This document shows positions 1-9,226 of a DNA stretch of 64,000 nt, piece after piece. This DNA comes from Desulfomicrobium sp. (GTDB taxonomy: Bacteria > Desulfobacterota > Desulfovibrionia > Desulfovibrionales > Desulfomicrobiaceae). The notes beneath the pieces are model-generated. The model did no database searches and was not told the DNA's origin. It saw only the letters and a program-made list of their open reading frames with translations. Within the stretch, counting starts at the first letter, position 1. The number at the start of each line of letters is the position of its first letter. The translations under genes and the position numbers were made by a program. The stretch is from positions 768,001 through 832,000 of the forward strand of contig JAXGMI010000001.1 of assembly GCA_040768745.1 (NCBI GenBank), written 5' to 3'.

Positions 1-68
1 ATTTCATCGAACATGGCTGCCCGCGCGAGTTTTTCGCGGGGCGGCCGGAAGCAAGGAGGGCGGCGTAA
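1..68 (+). CDS. 3' end of probable Ner/Cro-like early regulator (partial)
   Basis: Frame from base 3 reads FIEHGCPREFFAGRPEARRAA*. It lies upstream of the transposase; the function is inferred from position. Confidence 0.35.
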   Translation, partial: FIEHGCPREFFAGRPEARRAA

Positions 69-77
69 TGAGCGAGA

Positions 78-326
78 TCAGCTATGTGTCTCAAACACGG
101 ATTGAGGCCGTAAAAAGACGGCGTATTCAACTAACAGAGCGGCAAGCTCCGGGTAGCAATGCTCCCTCCTCGCCTGACCGGCAGCGCTGCGCAGATGCTG
201 TGCAAACGCAGCCGTCACATGAACACCCTTGTCTTCCAACGCTCGGACAAGCGCAGTCATGATCATTTCCTGGGCAAGAATTCTTTCTTCGAGCTCTACA
301 AGACGCATTTCCAGGTCTTCCGACAT
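78..326 (-). CDS. Hypothetical protein, antisense to the early operon
   Basis: AGGAG RBS before the ATG at 326; reads MSEDLEMRLVELEERILAQE (coiled-coil-like). Confidence 0.55.
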   Translation of the reverse strand: MSEDLEMRLVELEERILAQEMIMTALVRALEDKGVHVTAAFAQHLRSAAGQARREHCYPELAALLVEYAVFLRPQSVFETHS

Positions 327-452
327 GTTCTTTCTCCTGGTCGCAGGGTTTGTTGTGGTGACGGCTCCATACCAGGGTTTGGCAGAGGCAACAACGCTCA
401 TTCCTTCAACACCTGCCCGGTCTGTGGACCGGGTGGGCATTCAAGGACTGAC

Positions 453-497
453 ACGGACAGGATGGACAGCATGAACAGAATGGACAGGACGGACCGG
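453..497 (+). repeat. Five imperfect tandem 9-bp repeats
   Basis: ACGGACAGG ATGGACAGC ATGAACAGA ATGGACAGG ACGGACCGG, ending 2 nt before the ATG at 500. Confidence 0.85.
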
Positions 498-499
498 GC

Positions 500-868
500 A
501 TGAGTTACACGACCGCGCAACTTGCTGAGGCTTTGGGTATTAAACCCCAGTCTGTGGACTATCGGGTCAAGAAGGAAGGCTGGCAGTTTCAGAGGCGTAA
601 GGGCAAGGGCGGCGGCCGCCTGTTCACCCTGCCCAATCTGCCACAGGACGTGCGCGACGCCGTGCTGGCGTGGGAGCTGAAGGCTTCTTCTCCGGCCTTG
701 GCCGAAACGCCCCTGCCGCCGGCGGTGAAGACACCCGTGGACACGTCGCTGCTGACCACGAAGCAGCGGGGTGTGATGTGCGCCAGGCTGGCTTTTGTGC
801 GGGAGATTGATCGTTTGGCAGCGACTGGCCTGGCCAAGACCGTGATCATGGACAACCTGGTGGAGGCG
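500..868 (+). pseudogene. N-terminal fragment of Mu-type transposase A (DNA-binding domain only)
   Basis: YTTAQLAEALG...KKEGWQFQRRKGKGGG...LP is a Mu-type winged HTH followed by LTTKQR..ARLAFVREI. Protein-like sequence stops at about 868 and no DDE core follows. Confidence 0.8.
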
Positions 869-1164
869 TGGACTCCGCCGGCACGCTGTCCATGCAGCGC
901 CTCAAGGAGCTGGTGGCGCATTTCGAGAAATTGGGGTGGGTGCCGAAGAGAAAGCCATCTCCCAAGGACGACATCAAGAGGCTGTGCAAGCGGATCTGGG
1001 CCCAGTGCTACAGCCTGGGGAGACCCGTGCCTGCCTATGCTGACGCCATCGCCAAGCAGATGTTCGGCATCGAGAAGCTGGTCTGGTGCAAAGCAGAGCA
1101 GCTGAGGGCCATCACCACCGCCTTGGCCAAGCAGCAGGCCAAGGAAGGAGCTGAAACGGAATGA
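865..1164 (+). pseudogene. gemA: C-terminal fragment of GemA (Mu gp16/DUF1018-like)
   Basis: GVDSAGTLS..L..LV.HF.KLGW...KRIWAQ...FGIEKLVW...L.AITTAL. The N-terminal part is missing; lies directly upstream of mor. Confidence 0.75.
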
Positions 1165-1535
1165 GCGAACGCTGGATCTCGTTTCCCGAGCTGGAGGACG
1201 TGATCGGGAAGGCCGAGGCGGAAGCCCTGTGCAAGACTTTTGGCGGCCTTTCCAAATATCTGCCGCGAAAGCCTGATGCCGACCATCCGTTCGCGCCCAT
1301 CATCGGGATGCAGGCGCTTGCGGATCTGGCTGCCTACACCGGCGGGTGGCATTTGGCGCTGCCGAACCTGCGCCGCCCGGAGGCAGAGAAGAACCGGATA
1401 CTGGGGATGCTCGACGACGGGCGGCCCCATCAGGAGATCGCCGAGGAATGCAAGGTCAGCGAACGCTGGGTGCGGCACTTGGCGGCGCGGCGGCGCGAAG
1501 CGCAGGGGCAGCGGAAGCTGCCAATCGGGGTATAA
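1161..1535 (+). CDS. Mor/C-family transcriptional activator
   Basis: L.DVIG..EA.ALC..FGG...Y.P motif, C-terminal HTH (HQEIAEECKVSERWVRHL), position between gemA and the lysis genes. Confidence 0.85.
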   Translation: MSERWISFPELEDVIGKAEAEALCKTFGGLSKYLPRKPDADHPFAPIIGMQALADLAAYTGGWHLALPNLRRPEAEKNRILGMLDDGRPHQEIAEECKVSERWVRHLAARRREAQGQRKLPIGV

Positions 1536-1557
1536 TACACCAAAAATCACTGGATAC

Positions 1558-1606
1558 CGCCAGGAAGCTCATCCGCCTTAACCTCCACACCAGGCCGGGA
1601 TAGATG
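1558..1606 (+). promoter_or_regulatory. Putative activator-dependent late promoter (lysis/packaging operon)
   Basis: CGCCAGGAAnCnnnnCCGyC motif with a -10-like TAGATG 43 nt from its start; same layout at 10121. Confidence 0.55.
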
Positions 1607-1650
1607 AAAGTCTACCCGGCATTTTCATTTCAACCTGGTGGAGGCCCGAC

Positions 1651-1971
1651 GTGAAGCCCAACAGAATATCCGAGGTCATGCACATCCGAATGATGTGGTG
1701 TGCCCTCTACGCGGCAGTCCTGTTGCTGGTCGTGGCCTGGGCCGCGCCGCAGCAGCTGCCGGTCATCGTTTACAAGATCAACCTGATCCTGCTGGCATCC
1801 GTGGCCGGATACTGGCTGGACCGTTGGGCGTTCCCATACGCCCGGCCTGACCGGTTTTTAACGCCTGACGGTGAAGTGAAGGTGAACCACAAGCGGGTCT
1901 TCGGCGCGGCCCTGCTTCGCCGGGCCATCATCATGGCCGGCGCCATGCTGGCTGTGGGGATGGGCTTGTGA
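1651..1971 (+). CDS. Putative holin
   Basis: 106 aa with 2-3 TM segments, GYWLDR..FPYARP and RRAII motifs; precedes the endolysin. Confidence 0.85.
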   Translation: MKPNRISEVMHIRMMWCALYAAVLLLVVAWAAPQQLPVIVYKINLILLASVAGYWLDRWAFPYARPDRFLTPDGEVKVNHKRVFGAALLRRAIIMAGAMLAVGMGL

Positions 1972-2609
1972 GGCCGAACTGGGGCCTGATCGTTGCGCTG
2001 TTGTTCTGCGCTGTGTTCTGGCTGCTGGTCTGGTGCACCTGGTCCCATGCGGCGCAGGTCATCCCAAGGCCAGCCCAGCAGCATCGCCCCCTGCTCATCA
2101 GGGAGGCCCGTGCAGCCTGGGGCATGGATGCGCCGATCGCCACATTCGCGGCCCAGATCCACCAGGAATCGGGGTGGAACGAGCGCGCGGTGTCTCCTGT
2201 AGGAGCCCAGGGCCTGGCCCAGTTCATGCCCTCGACGGCCAGGTGGTTGCCCCGGGTCGCCCCGGAAACAGGCGAGCCTCTACCCTTTTCCCCGTCGTGG
2301 GCCATCAGGGCCATGGTTACCTATGACCGCTGGCTGTGGCGAAGGATTTCAGCGGCGACTGACTGTGATCGCATGGCCATGACCCTGTCTGCCTATAATG
2401 GCGGGCTGGGGTGGATCAATAAGGACAAGTCCCTGGCCGCAGGAATAGGGCTTGACCCGCAGATCTGGACGCATGTGGCCATGGTCAACTCGGGGCGAAG
2501 CGCTGTAAATTTCCGCGAGAACCGCGGGTACCCGACACGTATCCTCGGAACCCTGACAGATCTGTACAGGGCGGCGGGTTGGGGCAAAGGGGCCTGCGAT
2601 GCTCGGTAG
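1968..2609 (+). CDS. Endolysin, SLT lytic transglycosylase
   Basis: AQIHQES, GAQGLAQFMP, AYNGG and ENRGYP motifs; hydrophobic N-terminus. Confidence 0.92.
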   Translation: MRPNWGLIVALLFCAVFWLLVWCTWSHAAQVIPRPAQQHRPLLIREARAAWGMDAPIATFAAQIHQESGWNERAVSPVGAQGLAQFMPSTARWLPRVAPETGEPLPFSPSWAIRAMVTYDRWLWRRISAATDCDRMAMTLSAYNGGLGWINKDKSLAAGIGLDPQIWTHVAMVNSGRSAVNFRENRGYPTRILGTLTDLYRAAGWGKGACDAR

Positions 2610-3039
2610 CGCCCTGCAATTTTTCATCGGTCAGCGAAGCTGGATTCCGCTGGCTGTCATGACAACTATGCTGCTGGCAGCCTGTGCTTGGATGTGCGTT
2701 CAGGGCCTGCGCCTCGATGCCGTCCGGGCCGATGCCGCCCTGCAGATCCAGGCTGAACAGGCGGCCCACAACGCCACGCGTGGCCAGCTCGTGGCCGCGG
2801 GACATGAGATCGTGCGATTGCGGTCCCTGCTGGAGCTGGCGCGCAACGCGACGGCCACCGTGCAGGACAGCCTGCGCGACGCCCTGGCGCGAGAGTCCGA
2901 GGCCGTCAGCGCGGCGGCGGCCCGCAAGTTGATCCTAGATCAGATGCGGACACGCGTCCGGACCGAAGCCGAAAGAATGGAGGTGGTCGACGATGCGACG
3001 CGCGATGCTGTTGCTGCTCGCCTTAACCTGCCTCTGTAG
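2599..3039 (+). CDS. Inner-membrane spanin (Rz-like)
   Basis: N-terminal TM then coiled coil; follows the endolysin. Confidence 0.7.
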   Translation: MLGSALQFFIGQRSWIPLAVMTTMLLAACAWMCVQGLRLDAVRADAALQIQAEQAAHNATRGQLVAAGHEIVRLRSLLELARNATATVQDSLRDALARESEAVSAAAARKLILDQMRTRVRTEAERMEVVDDATRDAVAARLNLPL

Positions 3040-3250
3040 CTGCGGGCCAAGACAAGCCCCGGTGATCGTCACCGCGCCCCTGGTCGGTTGCCCGGCGCCG
3101 CCCCGCCCGGAGCTGCCGACATTGGACCCGGCGCGCCCCCTCGACAGCCCAGCCAACATCGAAACGATCATGTTCCGGGACGACATCATGCGCGGCTACA
3201 TCCGCGGGCTGGAGAGTTGTGTGGATTGCTACCGAAGGCAGGTGCGCTGA
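2993..3250 (+). CDS. Outer-membrane spanin lipoprotein (Rz1-like)
   Basis: Lipobox-like LALTCLCSC, Pro-rich, overlaps the i-spanin 3' end. Confidence 0.7.
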   Translation: MRRAMLLLLALTCLCSCGPRQAPVIVTAPLVGCPAPPRPELPTLDPARPLDSPANIETIMFRDDIMRGYIRGLESCVDCYRRQVR

Positions 3251-3474
3251 TGTCGTATCACGAACGAGGCCGGCACAACCCTTTTGACGCGTATATGGCG
3301 GGCTTTTGCGTCTGGATGTCACCCCGGCAGATCCTGATCAACGAGGCCGCGCTGAAGCAGTACACGCCGAAGCCTGGCGTGGAGGCTGACGCGCACGAGG
3401 ACCTTTTGAGCCAGTTCGTCCATGAGGCCGAGATCAAACGGAAAAAGTATGGCGAACAAGAGCAGAGGGGCTGA
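3250..3474 (+). CDS. Hypothetical phage protein
   Basis: TGATG coupling at both ends; reads MSYHERGRHNPFDAY... Confidence 0.6.
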   Translation: MSYHERGRHNPFDAYMAGFCVWMSPRQILINEAALKQYTPKPGVEADAHEDLLSQFVHEAEIKRKKYGEQEQRG

Positions 3475-3716
3475 TGGACGAGATTGACGACTCCCAGAAG
3501 GCCGAACGCCTGTACCGGGAAGAGGCCCTGGGAAACTGGAAGCAGGTCGGCCGGCCGGGATGGGCGAGCCTGACGCACTGCATCGACTGCGGGGAGGAGA
3601 TCCCCGAGAAACGGCAGCTGGCCATCGAGGGATGCCTACGATGCCGGGAATGTCAGTCGGACTACGACAAGGAGAGCGGCCAGGGATGGACATTTTCTGG
3701 AAATGGATGCCCTTGA
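3474..3716 (+). CDS. TraR/DksA C4 zinc-finger protein
   Basis: MDEIDDSQ...CIDCGEEIP..R....GCLRCRECQ. Confidence 0.88.
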   Translation: MDEIDDSQKAERLYREEALGNWKQVGRPGWASLTHCIDCGEEIPEKRQLAIEGCLRCRECQSDYDKESGQGWTFSGNGCP

Positions 3717-4018
3717 TTATCACGGGGGTGCAGCTGACGCTGGCATGGGTGATCTGGAGCGCTCGAAAGGAGTTCATCCGCAGGGATGAATGCACCACAT
3801 GCGCGGGCACGCTTTCGCAGCGGGTCAGCTCGGTGGAATCCGGGCTGGACAGCCTCCCCGCATCGAAAAGCTGGCGCAAGATGCAGGTGGCCATCGATGA
3901 GGTCCGTGCATCGAACGGGGTCGTGCTGGCCAAGCTGGAGGGGCAATCCGAGCTGCTCAAGCGCATCGAGCACCCGATGAACCTGTTGATGGAGCACCAT
4001 CTGAGGGGGGACAAGTGA
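3686..4018 (+). CDS. DUF2730-like (Mu gp25-like) protein
   Basis: N-terminal TM, R...VE..L..LP motif, coiled coil; usual position before gp26. Confidence 0.7.
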   Translation: MDIFWKWMPLIITGVQLTLAWVIWSARKEFIRRDECTTCAGTLSQRVSSVESGLDSLPASKSWRKMQVAIDEVRASNGVVLAKLEGQSELLKRIEHPMNLLMEHHLRGDK

Positions 4019-4311
4019 GCTTCAAGAATCTGTTGACCGAGGACCGCCGCCTGGTCCTGCTGCGGTTTTTGACTGAAGCGCCGGCCATGGCGCTGAACAC
4101 GTCCGTGCTGCATACGGCTCTGGACGCCTACGGGCACGCCGTGAGCCGCGACCAGGTGGAGACGGACGCGGCCTGGCTGGCCGAGCAGGGCTTGATCACC
4201 CTGGAGGAAGTCGGGCCGGTGCGCGTGGCGGCCCTGACCGGCCGCGGATCCGACGTGGCCCAGGGCCGGGCCGTGGTGCCGGGCGTGAAACGCCCCGGGC
4301 CGAGGAGCTGA
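4015..4311 (+). CDS. Mu gp26-like winged-helix protein
   Basis: EDRRLVLLR.L...WLAEQGL...LT.RG.DVA.GRA.VPGVKRP. Confidence 0.85.
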   Translation: MSFKNLLTEDRRLVLLRFLTEAPAMALNTSVLHTALDAYGHAVSRDQVETDAAWLAEQGLITLEEVGPVRVAALTGRGSDVAQGRAVVPGVKRPGPRS

Positions 4312-4313
4312 TC

Positions 4314-4883
4314 ATGGTCGCCATCTCCACCGTGAAGCGATTGCCGCGCGAGATCCGCGAGGAGATCCACAGGCTGCTCGATGCTGGCCAGACGCTGGAC
4401 GCCATTGTCGGGCACCTGCGGGGCATGGGCGTTAGCGAGGTGAGCCGCAGCGCCCTGGGGCGTTACAAGAAGAATTTCGACGCCGTGGTCGAGCGCGTGC
4501 GCAGGTCCAGGGAGATCGCGGACGTGCTGGTCCGCCAGTTCGGCAGCGAGGATGAGAGCAAGTCCATGCGGGCCAACATCGAGATGATGCACGGCATCGT
4601 CTCGGACATGCTCATGCAGATCGGCGACGGTGAGGATGAAGACGGCGAGAGCCGGCCCGTGCTGCTGGAGCCCAAGGCCGCCCACGATCTGGCCAAGGCC
4701 CTGGACCATCTGGCCCGTGCCAAGCGGCACGATCAGGACGCTATCCTCAAGGCCAGGGAAGAGGCCGCCCATGCGACGACCAAGAAGGCAGCGCAGGCCG
4801 TCAGCTCCGCCGCCAAGAAGTCCGGTGTGTCCGGGGAGGCCATCGACGCCATGGTCCAGGCCGTGCTCGGGGGCGCGGTATGA
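4314..4883 (+). CDS. Mu gp27/DUF3486 family (terminase small subunit-like)
   Basis: STVKRLP..IRE...SRSALGRY motif; upstream of the large terminase. Confidence 0.85.
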   Translation: MVAISTVKRLPREIREEIHRLLDAGQTLDAIVGHLRGMGVSEVSRSALGRYKKNFDAVVERVRRSREIADVLVRQFGSEDESKSMRANIEMMHGIVSDMLMQIGDGEDEDGESRPVLLEPKAAHDLAKALDHLARAKRHDQDAILKAREEAAHATTKKAAQAVSSAAKKSGVSGEAIDAMVQAVLGGAV

Positions 4884-6319
4884 CGCAGCCTGCCGGGTTC
4901 CTCCCCTACCAGTGGGAGCTGCGCGAGGCCGTCCGCCAGGAGAAGGTTGTCGTGGTCGAGAAGAGCCGGCGCACCGGCTACTCCTGGGCGGCCGCTGAGG
5001 TCGCCGTGGAGCATGCCGCCAAGTCCAAGCAGGACGGCGGCATGGACGTTTTCTACATGGGCTACAACCTGGAGATGGCCCGGGAGTTCATCGAATACTG
5101 CGGCGACTGGGGCAAGCTGTTCCAGCTCGGCGCCTCGGACATCGGGGAAACGGTCTTCAAGGATCCGGACAACCCCGAGCGGGACATCAAGGCCTTTCGC
5201 ATGGAGACATCCGCCAACAAGATCGTGGCCCTGCCCTCGATGCCCCGGGCCCTGCGCGGCATGCAGGGCCTGGTCATCATCGACGAGGCGGCCTTCGCGC
5301 TCCTGATCTGGGGCGGCAAGGTGCTCGTGATCTCGACCCATGACGGCGACGAGAACCCCTTCAACACCCTGGTGCAGGACGTGCGCGCCGGCCGTAAGCC
5401 TTACCGCCTGCTGCGCTGCGACTTCGACCGGGCGCTGGATGACGGCCTGTACAAGCGCATCTGTCACAAGCAGGGCAAGCCGTGGTCCATGGAGGCGGGG
5501 GCCAAGTGGCGCGGCGAGATCATCGCCTTCTACGGTGAGGGCGCGGACGAGGAACTGTTCTGCATCCCGAGCCGCGGGACCGGCGCGTACCTGCCCCTGG
5601 CGCTGCTGGAGAGCAGGGCCGAGCAGATCCCGATCATAGGCTGGGAGCAGCCGGCAGGGTTTGCGGAAGTGGCCGAGCATCTGCGCGCGGCCGAATGCCG
5701 GGACTGGTGCGAGGCGACCCTTGCCCCGTTGCTCCTGGAGCTGAGCCAGGACAGGCAGCATTTCTTCGGTCAGGACTTCGCCCGCTCCGGAGACCTGTCC
5801 GTGATCTGGCCCCTGGCCCTGCACAAGGACATGGTGCGCCGGCCGCCGTTCGTGGTGGAGATGCGCAACATCCCTTTCGAGCAGCAGAAGCAGGTGCTCT
5901 TCTACGTGCTGGACCGCCTGCCCCGCTTCGCTTGCGGCAAGATGGACGCCACCGGCAACGGCGCATGGCTGGCCGAGGTGGCGGCCCAGCGCTACGGTTT
6001 TTCGCGCATCGAGCAGGTCAAGCTGTCGGAGGGCTGGTACCGCGAGAACATGCCGCGCTGGAAGGCCGGATTCGAAGACGGCACCCTGGTCATCCCGCGC
6101 GACTCGAACATCATTTCCGACCACCGTGCCGTGCGCCTCAAGCGTGGCGTGGCCATGGTCGAAGCCGGGAACACCGGCGACAAACGCGCCCGCCGCCACG
6201 GCGACAGCGCCATCGCCCACGTGCTGGCCTACGCGGCCAGCTGCGACGCCGGGGCCATCACCGAATACGCCTACCATCCCGTGCGCCGGGACGACACCAT
6301 GAGGGGGAGACTGCCATGA
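4880..6319 (+). CDS. Terminase large subunit (Mu gp28-like), probably with a short internal deletion
   Basis: EKSRRTG Walker A, IIDEAAF Walker B, GQDFARSGD, DATGNG and HGDSAIA nuclease motifs. Confidence 0.92.
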   Translation: MTQPAGFLPYQWELREAVRQEKVVVVEKSRRTGYSWAAAEVAVEHAAKSKQDGGMDVFYMGYNLEMAREFIEYCGDWGKLFQLGASDIGETVFKDPDNPERDIKAFRMETSANKIVALPSMPRALRGMQGLVIIDEAAFALLIWGGKVLVISTHDGDENPFNTLVQDVRAGRKPYRLLRCDFDRALDDGLYKRICHKQGKPWSMEAGAKWRGEIIAFYGEGADEELFCIPSRGTGAYLPLALLESRAEQIPIIGWEQPAGFAEVAEHLRAAECRDWCEATLAPLLLELSQDRQHFFGQDFARSGDLSVIWPLALHKDMVRRPPFVVEMRNIPFEQQKQVLFYVLDRLPRFACGKMDATGNGAWLAEVAAQRYGFSRIEQVKLSEGWYRENMPRWKAGFEDGTLVIPRDSNIISDHRAVRLKRGVAMVEAGNTGDKRARRHGDSAIAHVLAYAASCDAGAITEYAYHPVRRDDTMRGRLP

Positions 6320-7887
6320 TCCTGGATCAGTACGGCAAGCCGGTTCGCAAGAACATGCTGGACAAGGAACTCGCGGCCCCTGGTTTGACCGGGGTCCGTT
6401 CGCTTTGGAATTTCGGCCAGGTCGCCACCGGCCTGACACCGGCCGGCATGGCCAGCGTCCTGCGCGACGCGGCCGAAGGCGGCGACCATGACACCTATCT
6501 GACCCTGGCCGAGGAGATGGAGGAGCGCGACGCGCATTATTCGTCCGTGCTCGGGACCAGGAAGCGGGCTGTCTCCGGGCTGCCGGTGGTGATCGAGGCC
6601 GCCACGGACGACGCCAAGGACGTGCAGCTGGCTGACGAGATCCGCGCCCTGCTCGCCCGCAGCGGAACCAGGGCCATGATGGAGGACTGCCTGGACGGCC
6701 TGGGCAAGGGCTACGCCGTGGTCGAGATCATCTGGGACAGGTCATCCCTGCCCTGGGTGCCGGCGCGTTACGTGTTCCGGGACCCCAGGTTCTTCCAGTT
6801 CGACAGGCTCACCAGGTCGGAACTCATGCTGCGCGACGAGTCGGACATGATGAACGGCGTGGCGCTGGAGCCGTACAAGTTCATCCGTCACATCCCGAAG
6901 CTCAAGAGCGGCATCCCGATCCGGGGCGGCCTGGCGAGGGTGGTGGCCTGGTCGTGGATGTTCAAGCACTACGGTCTCAAGGACTGGATGGCCTTTGCCG
7001 AGGTCTTCGGCATGCCCCTGCGCCTGGGCAAATACAGGCCGGGCGAATCGCAGGCCAACATCGACATCCTGAAGATGGCCGTGGCCAACCTGGGCATCGA
7101 TGCCGCAGCCGTGATCCCTGAAGGCATGTCGATCGAGTTCGAGGAGCTGGCCAACACCGCCGGCGGCGCGGACCTGTTCGAGCGCCTGGCGCGGTTCATG
7201 GACAGCCAGATCAGCAAGGCGGTGCTCGGCCAGACCATGACCACGGACGACGGGTCCAGCCGGGCCCAGGCCGAGGTGCATGATCAGGTGCGCACGGACC
7301 TGCGCGACGCCGACGCCGGCCAGTTGGCCGAGACGCTGGAGCGCGACCTGGTCATCCCGTACATCGTGCTGAACCATGGACCGCAGAAGGCCTACCCGCG
7401 CGTGTGCCTGCGCGAGCCGGAGTCAGCCGACGTGACCGTGCTGTCGGAGGCGTTGGGCATCCTGGTGCCGCTGGGCCTGCGGGTTGAGGCGTCCGAGGTG
7501 CGGGACAAGCTGGGCTTCAGCGACCCGGCTCCGGACGCGGAGTGCCTGCAGCCGGCCCCCGTTGCCATGCCCGAGGCGCAGCCGCAACCAGCCCAGAAAG
7601 ACCAGGCCATGAACCGCGCCGAAGCCACACGCTTCACCGCGGACCAGCAGGCCCTGGAGGACCTGGTGGCCGGCGTCGTGCCCGAGGGGGCTGGGGCCAT
7701 GGCCGGTATCGGCCGGGAGATCGACGAGCTCATCCGACGGGCCACATCGTTCGAGGAGCTGCGGATCATGCTGGCGGACTATCTGGACCAGGCCGGTGAT
7801 GACGAGCTGCAGGACGGCGTGCACCGCTCCATGGTCGCCGCCGATCTGTGGGGCCAGACCCAAGCCGGGGGCGAGGATGGCGCCTAA
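6316..7887 (+). CDS. Portal protein (Mu gp29/DUF935)
   Basis: ATGA overlap with the terminase; EEMEERD.H, FAEVFGMPLRLGKY and ISKAVLGQTMT motifs. Confidence 0.93.
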   Translation: MILDQYGKPVRKNMLDKELAAPGLTGVRSLWNFGQVATGLTPAGMASVLRDAAEGGDHDTYLTLAEEMEERDAHYSSVLGTRKRAVSGLPVVIEAATDDAKDVQLADEIRALLARSGTRAMMEDCLDGLGKGYAVVEIIWDRSSLPWVPARYVFRDPRFFQFDRLTRSELMLRDESDMMNGVALEPYKFIRHIPKLKSGIPIRGGLARVVAWSWMFKHYGLKDWMAFAEVFGMPLRLGKYRPGESQANIDILKMAVANLGIDAAAVIPEGMSIEFEELANTAGGADLFERLARFMDSQISKAVLGQTMTTDDGSSRAQAEVHDQVRTDLRDADAGQLAETLERDLVIPYIVLNHGPQKAYPRVCLREPESADVTVLSEALGILVPLGLRVEASEVRDKLGFSDPAPDAECLQPAPVAMPEAQPQPAQKDQAMNRAEATRFTADQQALEDLVAGVVPEGAGAMAGIGREIDELIRRATSFEELRIMLADYLDQAGDDELQDGVHRSMVAADLWGQTQAGGEDGA

Positions 7888-9226
7888 GCCCACGGCCAGG
7901 AACGCCTACGCCGACATCGAGGCACCGCTGCGCCCGCTGCCAATGGCCGAGGCCATTGAGTTCTGGCGCGGCAAGGTCCAGCTTTCCCCCAGGGAATTCT
8001 ACCGGCTGGCCGAGGAATACAGGGTGCGTGCCTTCACGGTCTCGCGCTTGGCGCGGGCGGACATGCTCGGGGAGATCTTCGAGTCCATCGACCAGGCTTT
8101 GGCGGATGGCGTGAGCTTCGGGGCCTGGAAGAAGTCCCTCGCGCCCATCTGGGAGGAGAACGGGTGGACGGGCGTGCGCGCCTGGCGCGTGGACAACATC
8201 TTCCGCACGAACATCCAGACGGCCTACAACGTGGGGCGTTACAAGCAGATGCAGGCCGTGGCCAAGGTCAGGCCGTATTGGCAGTACAGCGCGGTCAACG
8301 ACTCGCGCACCAGACCGACGCACCGGGCCCTGCACGGGCGCGTCTACCGCCATGACAGCCCATTCTGGGACACCTTCTATCCGCCGAACGGGTTCCGCTG
8401 CCGGTGCAAGGTCAAGACCCTGTCAGAACGGCAGGTCAGAGAGCGTGGTTTAACGGTGCACGAGGGCAACGGCTTGGGCGAACTGATCGAACCTGTGGGG
8501 CCGAACGGACCCATGCCGGCCCGGCCGCTCATGCCGGACAGAGGGTTCGAGGGGAACCCGGGCAAGGAGGCCTGGGCGCCGGATCTGTCACGGTACCCGG
8601 ACATCCTGCGGGAGAAGCTGGAGAAGGCGAGGCCTGAGCCGCAGTTCATCAAGTTCCGGGCATCGTCGACGCAGGACGAGGCGCGGGCATTCGCCGCGCA
8701 GACCGGCGTGCACGCGGAATACGATCAGCTTTCGACAAACAAGCGCCTCGGCGTGGCCAACTACGTCAACGCCGGGCTGGCGGAAGCTCATGAGCTTGGC
8801 GTCTCCAGGCCGGCCTTCGTGCGCGTCATGCCCGAGGTCTTCGACAAGGTTCCCAACGCGCCGATGGCCTACATCGCCGACGAGGACACGCTGGCCATCA
8901 ACCCGGCGTACCCGTTCGCCGACCTTATCAGGTATACGCGGGCCCAGTACGAAGCCGGGGAATGGTCGACACCGGACCCACTGCATGCCGTTCGACACGA
9001 GATCGGGCACGCCATGGTTCGACACGCCGCGCCACTGCGCTACCCTCGGTTGCAGAGCGCCCGGAAACTCTCTACGTCTGCGACTGAGCTGGTGAAAAAA
9101 GAGGTCAGCGAATACGCGGCTACAAGCCCACTGGAACTAGTCTCGGAAGTCTATGCCGGGATGCGCTCCGGAAAGACGTACAGCGACAAGGTCATACGCC
9201 TGTACCGGGCCTACGGAGGACAATGA
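7877..9226 (+). CDS. MuF (gp30) minor head protein with C-terminal HEXXH metallopeptidase-like extension
   Basis: IFRTNIQTAY, D.RTRPTH, PPNGFRCRC (MuF core), then HEIGH and SEYAATSPLELVSE. Confidence 0.9.
   Translation: MAPKPTARNAYADIEAPLRPLPMAEAIEFWRGKVQLSPREFYRLAEEYRVRAFTVSRLARADMLGEIFESIDQALADGVSFGAWKKSLAPIWEENGWTGVRAWRVDNIFRTNIQTAYNVGRYKQMQAVAKVRPYWQYSAVNDSRTRPTHRALHGRVYRHDSPFWDTFYPPNGFRCRCKVKTLSERQVRERGLTVHEGNGLGELIEPVGPNGPMPARPLMPDRGFEGNPGKEAWAPDLSRYPDILREKLEKARPEPQFIKFRASSTQDEARAFAAQTGVHAEYDQLSTNKRLGVANYVNAGLAEAHELGVSRPAFVRVMPEVFDKVPNAPMAYIADEDTLAINPAYPFADLIRYTRAQYEAGEWSTPDPLHAVRHEIGHAMVRHAAPLRYPRLQSARKLSTSATELVKKEVSEYAATSPLELVSEVYAGMRSGKTYSDKVIRLYRAYGGQ

Noticed and set aside
68..262. 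Plus-strand ORF with good RBS overlapping the antisense gene 78-326
   Set aside because: It may be real (TAATG coupling) but has no recognisable features and is almost fully overlapped by a more protein-like antisense ORF, so it was not called.
453..497. CRISPR array
   Set aside because: Units are 9 bp with no spacers, and no cas genes or repeat-spacer arrays were seen in the window.
869..1105. C-terminal half of the 201-aa ORF 500..1105 as real protein
   Set aside because: It is out-of-frame read-through over the gemA fragment after the deletion junction.
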